Program-made: the position numbers and the translations under genes
DNA from: an uncultured Vicinamibacteraceae bacterium
Lineage (GTDB): Bacteria; Acidobacteriota; Vicinamibacteria; Vicinamibacterales; UBA8438
Length of the DNA: 27,979 bases
Direction of reading: 5' to 3'
NCBI GenBank assembly: GCA_964634925.1
Contig: CAZWKO010000001.1
Coordinates: 1-27,979 of the forward strand
Part shown: positions 1 through 6,701 of the stretch, in pieces
Position numbering within the stretch: position 1 is the first letter of the stretch
Layout: every line of letters begins with the position of its first letter
Notes under the pieces: model-generated
What the model was told of the DNA's origin: nothing
Databases searched by the model: none
The model's input: the letters and a program-made list of their open reading frames with translations, nothing else

Positions 1-887
1 TTGTCAGCAATCCACACATCGTAGCCAGTAGCGTAGATGTCGTTCGGAAATTCAAATCCCGGCCATGTCGCGATTGGTGAAATATTGGGGTGATACCACA
101 CAGACCGCGTCGTTTCATTAAACACCTGAATTCGATCATTGTTGCGGTCAGCCACATAAATGCGCCCGATACTATCCGTTGCTACGGCGTGCACCGCATC
201 GAACTCGCCTCGACCACTACCCTGAGTCCCCCAGGTCGTCACAAAATTGCCTTCCGCGTCAAACTTCACAACACGAGCATTTTCAGAGTCAGCAACAAAG
301 ATCGAGCCATCTTCGAGAAATGCAAGATCTTGTGGACGATTGAAATGGTTCTCATCATCCCCAACTCCACCGGCACCGAGAGACATTACTAATTCTTCAC
401 CGTCGTTTGAGAACGCATGGACTTGATGATTAGTTTCATCAACAACCCATACCTTCCGGTCAGGGTCAAAGGGACTGATCTTCACCTTGTGCGGGCCGGC
501 TCCCCCTTCAAACATCTCATCCCACTTGGTCCAAGCCTCAATCATGTTGCCACCACCATCAACCACATAGATGGAATTCCGCCAGACACGATTGTCACCT
601 GCTTGCAAGGCGTTCTGGCCAATCGATCCAACAAACCCCTGAAACCCAGGCGGCACGGGATCCGGTAATCGAATTTCGCCACGCTGGATAACAAAAATAC
701 GGTCGGGTGATTCCGCAAAGACACCGGTCGTCGCCCCAAAGGCATGGCCAGACGGGGCAAACGGCTTGACCCACGCATCAACCACATCGTACGGACTTGC
801 TCCGGCCGACATATCCTGCATCACTGCGGGAGCAGCCGTTAAACCAGAGGCGACAACTGCCGTCAAAATCAAATAATAATTTCGCAT
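1..887 (-). CDS. Exported NHL-repeat (PAL-like six-bladed) beta-propeller protein, paralogue A; partial, C-terminal end lies outside the window
   Basis: Hand translation from ATG 887 is open to the window edge (295 codons): MRNYYLILTAVVASGLTAAPAVMQDMSAGASPYDVV...GPHKVKISPFDP...FNRPQDLAFLEDGSIFVADSENARVVKFD...DAVHAVATDSIGRIYVADRNNDRIQVFNETTRSVWYHPNISP...YDVWIAD. It is collinear with the adjacent ORF 915..2087. The ORF track omits it because no stop codon lies in the window. Confidence 0.9.
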   Translation of the reverse strand, partial: MRNYYLILTAVVASGLTAAPAVMQDMSAGASPYDVVDAWVKPFAPSGHAFGATTGVFAESPDRIFVIQRGEIRLPDPVPPGFQGFVGSIGQNALQAGDNRVWRNSIYVVDGGGNMIEAWTKWDEMFEGGAGPHKVKISPFDPDRKVWVVDETNHQVHAFSNDGEELVMSLGAGGVGDDENHFNRPQDLAFLEDGSIFVADSENARVVKFDAEGNFVTTWGTQGSGRGEFDAVHAVATDSIGRIYVADRNNDRIQVFNETTRSVWYHPNISPIATWPGFEFPNDIYATGYDVWIAD

Positions 888-914
888 AGTTCCATCATCC
901 TTTAACTTTGAGCG

Positions 915-2087
915 CTATTGCAACGGTGGGTCCGGTGCACCAAACGTCTCCATGAAGCTCGCCCCTTCTTTCTGGACAAACTTTTGCACTCGACCGTGAC
1001 CAGGATCCGCGACATAGAAATTTTTCTCTGCATCTACAGAAAATTGGTGGACAACGAGCGCCTCACCAGCACCCGTGCCAAAACCGGCAAGTTCCCACGT
1101 AAATTGAGGATTGCCGTTCCAGTCAAGCTTCACCATCCGTGCGGGCCGTGTGGGTTCGCCAGCACCACCTGCAGCAGAGCCTTCACCGTTATCCGAAATC
1201 CAAACATCGTAGCCAGTGGCATAAATATCGGTCGGCCGTTCAAATCCCGGCCACGTCGCGATCGGCGAAATGTTTGGGTGGTACCAGACGGAGCGCGTTG
1301 TTTCATTAAAAACCTGGACTCTGTTGTTTCCCATATCGCCTACGTAAATCCGACCGATGCTGTCGGTCGCAAGGGCGTGAGGTCTATCAAACTCGCCGCG
1401 CCCACTTCCGTTCACACCCCACGTCGTCACAAAATTTCCTTGGGCATCGAACTTCATAATGCGCGAGTTGCCCATATCAGAGACAAAGATAGAGCCGTCC
1501 TCGGTAAATGCCATATCCCAAGGTCGATCAAAATGATTGTCGTCATCTCCCGCACCACCAGCACCGAGTGACATCACAAGCTCTTCACCATCATTTGAAA
1601 AGGCGTGCACTTGATGATTCGTCGTATCGGCCACCCAGAGTTTCCGGTCAGGATCATAGGGGCTGATCTTGATCTTATGTATACCGGAAGCACCCTCTGC
1701 ATCAGTCTCGAACATGTCATCCCACTGTGTCCATGCTTCGGTCATGTTTCCGTCAGCATCGACAACGAAGATGGTGTTCTGCCAAACGCGACTCTCGGCA
1801 GCAGTGTTGGCCCTCACGCCAATCGACCCGAGGAATCCTTCAAAACCTGGGGGGACAGGATCTGGCAATCGATTCTCACCACGCTGGGCAATGAAAATGC
1901 GATCAGGCGACTCAGCAAACACACTTGATGTCGCTCCGAATGAATGCCCAGTCGATGCAAACGGCTTCAGCCAACCATTTACCACATCGTATGGACTCGC
2001 TCCAACGGACATATCCTGCATCACCGCAGGAGTAGCTAGTAACCCAGCCGAGACAATTACTGTAAAAATCAAGAAAGCTCTACGCAT
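915..2087 (-). CDS. Exported NHL-repeat (PAL-like) beta-propeller protein, paralogue B
   Basis: 390 aa. Hydrophobic N-terminal signal. NHL blades FDRPWDMAFTEDGSIFVSDMGNSRIMKF, FDRPHALATDSIGRIYVGDMGNNRVQVF and VHQFSVDAEKNFYVADPGHGRVQKF. SD-like TAAGGA upstream. Confidence 0.9.
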   Translation of the reverse strand: MRRAFLIFTVIVSAGLLATPAVMQDMSVGASPYDVVNGWLKPFASTGHSFGATSSVFAESPDRIFIAQRGENRLPDPVPPGFEGFLGSIGVRANTAAESRVWQNTIFVVDADGNMTEAWTQWDDMFETDAEGASGIHKIKISPYDPDRKLWVADTTNHQVHAFSNDGEELVMSLGAGGAGDDDNHFDRPWDMAFTEDGSIFVSDMGNSRIMKFDAQGNFVTTWGVNGSGRGEFDRPHALATDSIGRIYVGDMGNNRVQVFNETTRSVWYHPNISPIATWPGFERPTDIYATGYDVWISDNGEGSAAGGAGEPTRPARMVKLDWNGNPQFTWELAGFGTGAGEALVVHQFSVDAEKNFYVADPGHGRVQKFVQKEGASFMETFGAPDPPLQ

Positions 2088-2130
2088 GGTTTATTCGTCC
2101 TTATATTGTTCTTGCGAACCTCACCTTAAA

Positions 2131-2154
2131 TGGTTGACACCCCAAAGTCAGCCA
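2131..2154. promoter_or_regulatory. Imperfect dyad TGGTTGAC-N8-GTCAGCCA overlapping a perfect -35 hexamer TTGACA (2134-2139) in the divergent NHL/MBL intergenic region
   Basis: The arms match 7/8 as an inverted repeat. No good -10 lies at 17-nt spacing, so function is uncertain. Confidence 0.25.
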
Positions 2155-2186
2155 ACCCATGTTCCCTGATCGTAAATAATACGTCT

Positions 2187-2840
2187 ATGGAGCTAATCTT
2201 TGAACAAATCCGGACCGGCGGAGACAGAAATTTTGGCTACCTCCTCGGCGACCGGTCAACCAAACAAGCTGTCTTAATAGACCCTTCGTACTCACCAGAC
2301 ACGCTGGTAGACCGAGCCACATCACAACATCTGGTAGTCACTCACATCATCAACACCCACGGGCACCCTGATCATACTGAAGGCAACGACGAAGCCGCCC
2401 GCCTTACCGGCGCAAAAATAGCCGCGCACCCAGAGGGACCGATTGAGCCTGACACCTCCCTAAGTGACGGCCAGACCATACCCATTGGCAATCTGCAGCT
2501 TGAATGCCTGCATGTGCCTGGCCACGCATCAGACCACCTGGTCCTGTACGAACCGTCGTATCAACTCTTGTTTACCGGAGACCTCATCTTCGTAGGCAAA
2601 GTCGGTGGAACAGCTACTGAAGAAGACTCCACCCTCGAATGGACAAGCCTGCAGCGTGTTCTTAGCACCTTCCCCGACAGTAGTACCCTCTGGCCTGGTC
2701 ACGACTATGGCATTCGTCCTAGCTCAACACTCGGTCTTGAACGTCGGTCAAATCCTTTTCTCTTATGCGACAATCTTGAAGCCTTTCTCAATTTGAAAAA
2801 TGAATGGCCAACTTTTAAACAAATACACGGACTGAAGTAG
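2187..2840 (+). CDS. MBL-fold metallo-hydrolase, glyoxalase II / hydroxyacylglutathione hydrolase-like
   Basis: THGHPDHTEG (HxHxDH), HVPGH, LFTGDLIF, WPGHDY and C-terminal SNPFL. Start moved from 2130 to ATG 2187 (MELIFEQI, 217 aa) on fold length. No signal peptide. Confidence 0.85.
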   Translation: MELIFEQIRTGGDRNFGYLLGDRSTKQAVLIDPSYSPDTLVDRATSQHLVVTHIINTHGHPDHTEGNDEAARLTGAKIAAHPEGPIEPDTSLSDGQTIPIGNLQLECLHVPGHASDHLVLYEPSYQLLFTGDLIFVGKVGGTATEEDSTLEWTSLQRVLSTFPDSSTLWPGHDYGIRPSSTLGLERRSNPFLLCDNLEAFLNLKNEWPTFKQIHGLK

Positions 2841-3676
2841 TGACACGTAAACCACCAAACAAAAAGAAAAAGACTAAGAATCGTCTCACCGCGAAAAACG
2901 CTGACATCCACTCGCTGTACCAACTTTCGGTACAGGAACCTTCGGCAGACATCTCGTTCATTCAAAAACGTTTTAAAAAACGCAACGGTCGCAAGGCTCT
3001 TGTTCTCCGAGAAGACTTTTGTGGAACCGCGCTTATGTGCGCGGAATGGGTCCGTGATAAATCAGCACGATCGGCGTATGGCATCGACCTTGACCAGCAG
3101 ACACTTGATTGGGGACGCACACATAACCTCGCGACGCTGACCGATGAAGAAGTCGGGCGAGTCCAGCTCTACAAACAGGACGTACGCGACCCAATCAAAA
3201 CGAAGACGGACGTTACCTGTGCATTTAATTTCTCGTACAGCGTGTTTAAAGAACGCCCGCAACTATTGGACTACTTCCGTGCGGCCAAAATCGGATTAGT
3301 AAAGGACGGGGCTTTCTTTTTAGACCTCTGTGGGGGCCTTGAACTCGGCGCGGAACTTGAAGAACGGAGTAAAAAAGGTCGAGGAGTCACCTACGTATGG
3401 GACCAAAAACCGTTTGACCCAATCAACGGCTATGCCATCCGTCATATTCATTTCGAGTTCAGCGACGGCTCGCGCATAAAAAAAGCGTTTACATATGACT
3501 GGCGTCTCTGGACATTGCCTGAACTACGTGACCTGCTTCGTGAAGCAGGATTTCAAGACGTCGAAGTGTACTGGGAAGGCGATGATGGAAGCGGCGGCGG
3601 CAATGGAATCTTCAGGCGCCGACAAACGGTGATCGAGGAAACCGCCTGGATTGCCTATGTCGTCGCGTGGCGGTAG
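2840..3676 (+). CDS. Class I SAM-dependent methyltransferase of unknown substrate
   Basis: 278 aa. Motif I-like LREDFCGTA, acidic end of strand 2 (YGIDLD), YKQDV, AFNFS and AFFLD. The GTG start overlaps the MBL TAG stop by 1 nt. Lys-rich N-terminus. Confidence 0.8.
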   Translation: MTRKPPNKKKKTKNRLTAKNADIHSLYQLSVQEPSADISFIQKRFKKRNGRKALVLREDFCGTALMCAEWVRDKSARSAYGIDLDQQTLDWGRTHNLATLTDEEVGRVQLYKQDVRDPIKTKTDVTCAFNFSYSVFKERPQLLDYFRAAKIGLVKDGAFFLDLCGGLELGAELEERSKKGRGVTYVWDQKPFDPINGYAIRHIHFEFSDGSRIKKAFTYDWRLWTLPELRDLLREAGFQDVEVYWEGDDGSGGGNGIFRRRQTVIEETAWIAYVVAWR

Positions 3677-3703
3677 TAGCCATTTTGTATTCGTTGAATC
3701 GAA

Positions 3704-4789
3704 TCAATAACGGTCTTCATCATTCTCAGGTGACATCGGCCATGCCTCCGACGGTTGCCCATCCACCGTCGCCCCGGAATGCATGATCGTATTCGCCCAT
3801 TCAAGAAACGGCATCGGGAAACTCAGGGTTGGTGCCGACACGGCATCAAGCGCAGCGACCTGCGCTTCGGTCAATGTCACATCGAGTCCAATCAAATTAG
3901 ACTCAAGCTGCTCCATTGTTCTCGCCCCAATAATCGTTGAGTCGACACCCGGCTTCCGCTGAACCCACGCCAAGGCGACCGCGGCCGGCGTAGTTTTGCA
4001 TTCCGCTGCTATCTTCACTAACTCATCGATAATGCTGAATGTTCGGTCATTCAAATACGCCGTCACTCGTTCACCACGTCCAGGTTTGACATCATTGACA
4101 TTGTCACGGGTATATTTTCCCGTCAGGACGCCACCACGCAGTGGTGACCACGGCGTCACGCCGAGTCCAAGTTCTTGTGCCATTGGAATTAGTTCACCTT
4201 CGACAGTCCGCTCAACAAGCGAGTACTCGATTTGCAAGGCCACAAGCGACGCCCACCCACGAAAATTCGCTGTGATTTGAGCCTGCGCAACTTTCCAAGC
4301 TGGTGTATCAGAAAATCCGATGTAACGAACCTTTCCACTTTGAACAAGGTCGTCCAGCGCGCGCATAGTTTCATCAATCGGGGTAAATCGATCCCATAGG
4401 TGCATCCAGTAAAGATCGATGTAGTCTGTTTGTAGGCGTCTAAGAGATTGATCACACGCTTCCATGAGCGATTTACGACTTGCACCACCACCGTTCGGGT
4501 CAGACGGGTAAAGATTCGCAAAGAACTTCGTGGCAATAACTAATTGATCACGACGCATGTCTTCTTTTTTGATGTAATCACCAATAATTTTCTCTGAATG
4601 ACCTTTGGTATATGCGTTCGCCGTATCAATAAAGTTTCCCCCTCGCTGTAGATACCGTCCAAGAATGGCTTCAGCCTCAGCAACACTCGACCCCCAACCC
4701 CAATCTTCGCCAAATGTCATGGCGCCGAGACAAAAAGGGCTTACACGAAGTCCCGAACGACCAAGGGTGACATAGCGGTCAAGCGACAT
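3704..4789 (-). CDS. Aldo/keto reductase (AKR9/aryl-alcohol-dehydrogenase-like)
   Basis: LGRSGLRVSPFCLGAMTFG. Catalytic tetrad contexts FIDTANAY (D, Y), VIATKF (K) and LYWMH (H). Also GKVRYIGFS, PWSPLRGG and IIGART. GGAGG SD 9 nt before ATG 4789 (361 aa). Confidence 0.93.
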   Translation of the reverse strand: MSLDRYVTLGRSGLRVSPFCLGAMTFGEDWGWGSSVAEAEAILGRYLQRGGNFIDTANAYTKGHSEKIIGDYIKKEDMRRDQLVIATKFFANLYPSDPNGGGASRKSLMEACDQSLRRLQTDYIDLYWMHLWDRFTPIDETMRALDDLVQSGKVRYIGFSDTPAWKVAQAQITANFRGWASLVALQIEYSLVERTVEGELIPMAQELGLGVTPWSPLRGGVLTGKYTRDNVNDVKPGRGERVTAYLNDRTFSIIDELVKIAAECKTTPAAVALAWVQRKPGVDSTIIGARTMEQLESNLIGLDVTLTEAQVAALDAVSAPTLSFPMPFLEWANTIMHSGATVDGQPSEAWPMSPENDEDRY

Positions 4790-4840
4790 ACAGATATCCT
4801 CCAAAACAGTCTAAGGTGAACCTACACCGACGGTTGGAAT

Positions 4841-4855
4841 GAACGTGGCCGGAAC
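4841..4855. promoter_or_regulatory. Candidate LexA box GAAC-N7-GAAC (GTTC-N7-GTTC on the minus strand) upstream of the AKR gene
   Basis: gaac-gtggccg-gaac is an exact match to the direct-repeat SOS box described for Alphaproteobacteria and Acidobacterium capsulatum. It lies ~50 nt upstream of the AKR start. Confidence 0.3.
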
Positions 4856-4866
4856 TTGTTCCGTCT

Positions 4867-5355
4867 TTATTCTAAAGTATCCGACTTTAATCGATACTCT
4901 CCGGTGGTCGGGTCTTGCTCTCGATATACAGCATGACAGGACGCACACGCCGCTTGAATGTCTGCAGCAACCTCCGCCGCCGCCATTGAATCCACTAGCT
5001 CCATCGATAGGACCGCATCGAGATCATCCATGCCCCGCAGCGCAGCACGCACATACCCAGTCGCGTCGTCTTTTTCATGGTCACGCCAGAACGTCACCGT
5101 CGTCGCTAACTGTTCACGTGATCGGCTGAGACGTTCTTTTGTGGTTGCGTAATCAGCAGCAGCAAGCGTTTGCATCGTGGCCGTAAAGTTCGGACCGAGC
5201 GTTTCCATTGTTGCCGCAAGATGATCAGTTGTATAAATCGGATACGGCCTTTGAGCCAACGCAACAATACCGACCATTCCCAAGATCGTCACTATCGAAC
5301 CGCACAGTTTTCCCAGATGACGCGTAATTCGGACCGAAATCTTTTTGTTAGACAT
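4867..5355 (-). CDS. Periplasmic class II cytochrome c (cytochrome c'/c-556-like four-helix bundle)
   Basis: Signal peptide ending ALA|Q, ~128-aa Ala-rich helical mature chain, single C-terminal CASCH. ATG 5355 overlaps the DUF1552 stop by 8 nt (162 aa). Confidence 0.75.
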   Translation of the reverse strand: MSNKKISVRITRHLGKLCGSIVTILGMVGIVALAQRPYPIYTTDHLAATMETLGPNFTATMQTLAAADYATTKERLSRSREQLATTVTFWRDHEKDDATGYVRAALRGMDDLDAVLSMELVDSMAAAEVAADIQAACASCHAVYREQDPTTGEYRLKSDTLE

Positions 5356-6700
5356 CAGTAAGACGCTCAAGGTGGCCGTTACTATCTCCAAATGAATCAA
5401 CCGGGACACCGAGTTTGTCGAGAATCGTCATGTAGAGATTCGCCAGTGGGGTGTCGTCAGCATACCGAACATAGCGCCCACCTTGAATGCCAGTCGCCTT
5501 GCCACCCACCAAGGCAATTGGAAGATCATCGTGGAAATGCGTATTGCTATCACTGATCCCAGTACCATAAAGAAACAGCGTCGAATCCAACATTGTCCCA
5601 TCGGCCTCAGGTAAGGCCGCTAATTTTTCAACCAGGTAAGCGAACTGCTGGAAATGATATCCGTTAATCTTGTGCAACCGTTCAAGCTTGGCGGGCTCAT
5701 CCTGATGATGCGAAAGAGGATGATGAGAATCAGACACTCCAATCTCCGGGTATGCACGCCCACTGACCTCTCGAGCCAACATAAAAGAACTGATCCGGGT
5801 TAAATCTGTCTGATAGGCCAATGCCAGAAGATCCATCATCAATTTAGCGTGCTCTGCATAATCGCTCGGCACCCCGACAGGCTGATCAACAACCGGAAGC
5901 TCGCGCGTACTTTGCTGCTCGGCCATTTGAATACGGCGTTCAATATCACGTAGCGCGTCTAGGTACTCGTCAAGCTTGATTTGATCACCAGGACCAAGAA
6001 TAAGTTCCAGACCTTCTAATTCACCGCCGACCGCGTCAAGAATGGAACGGTCTCGGCGTAATCGTTCCATCCTGGCCTCGGGATCTGTACTACCGGTAGT
6101 CCCAAACAGTCGCTCAAAGACAGCTCGGGGGTCGTTCTCAATCGGCAGTGGTGTCGTTGGTGTCCGCCATGCGATGGTGTTGGTGTAGGCGCAACTTGCA
6201 CCACCGTCACAGTTGCCAACCATGGCATTGGATTCAATCCCTAGTTCAAGAGACGCCAGTTGCGTCTCCTTTGACAACTCACGAGCTGCTATTTGGTCCA
6301 TCGAGACGGCCGCAAAGACATCCGCGCCACTTGTAATCTTGAAGGGAACACACGTCAGAAAAGTCCCCGCCGACCTCGCATGGTCTCCACCGCCCTTAAC
6401 CAAGTTAGCTGATTCGTCATCGAGCCCACCACACAGCAGCACGCGATCCTTAAACGCACTTAACGACTGCAACGTCGGCGGCAATGCAGCAAGCGGTCCT
6501 TCTTTTTGTGGAAACCAGTACGGCATCGACATCCCATTTGGCACATAAAAAACGCCGAAGCGACGCACCGGAGCAGCTGCCGTGCGACGTTGCGCCGTCA
6601 ATGCGGGAACCATGCCATCAAGCAGCGGCAACGCAATGGCAGCACCGAGACCACGCAGAACCGTTCGCCGAGGTAAATATTTCTTTGTAATGAACATCAT
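5348..6700 (-). CDS. DUF1552 (HXXSHH family) protein, copy 1, twin-arginine-type signal
   Basis: LPRRTVLRGLG leader, YVPNGM, GGDHAR, CDGGASCAYTNTIAW, PRAVFERLFG, SHHPLSHH and LPIALVGG. ATG 6700 is 1 nt after the DUF1592 stop (450 aa). Confidence 0.9.
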   Translation of the reverse strand: MMFITKKYLPRRTVLRGLGAAIALPLLDGMVPALTAQRRTAAAPVRRFGVFYVPNGMSMPYWFPQKEGPLAALPPTLQSLSAFKDRVLLCGGLDDESANLVKGGGDHARSAGTFLTCVPFKITSGADVFAAVSMDQIAARELSKETQLASLELGIESNAMVGNCDGGASCAYTNTIAWRTPTTPLPIENDPRAVFERLFGTTGSTDPEARMERLRRDRSILDAVGGELEGLELILGPGDQIKLDEYLDALRDIERRIQMAEQQSTRELPVVDQPVGVPSDYAEHAKLMMDLLALAYQTDLTRISSFMLAREVSGRAYPEIGVSDSHHPLSHHQDEPAKLERLHKINGYHFQQFAYLVEKLAALPEADGTMLDSTLFLYGTGISDSNTHFHDDLPIALVGGKATGIQGGRYVRYADDTPLANLYMTILDKLGVPVDSFGDSNGHLERLTDV

Positions 6701-6701
6701 G

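Larger units (their letters stand above)
1..2087 (-). repeat. Tandem gene duplication (two NHL paralogues 27 nt apart)
   Basis: Collinear DNA similarity, e.g. tcaaatcccggccatgtcgcgattggtgaaat near 52 versus tcaaatcccggccacgtcgcgatcggcgaaat near 1240, differing mainly at synonymous positions. Confidence 0.9.

Noticed and set aside
542-787. 81-aa minus-strand ORF suggesting a frameshifted NHL pseudogene
   Set aside because: Hand translation shows the frame from ATG 887 is continuous to the window edge. This ORF is an out-of-frame shadow.
3677-3703. Bidirectional terminator ATTCG-TTGAAT-CGAAT between methyltransferase and AKR
   Set aside because: Only a 5-bp AT-rich stem, too weak to call.
4851-4875. 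Sigma-E-type promoter GGAACTT...TCTAA
   Set aside because: The spacer is only 13 nt and it points antisense into the cytochrome gene.
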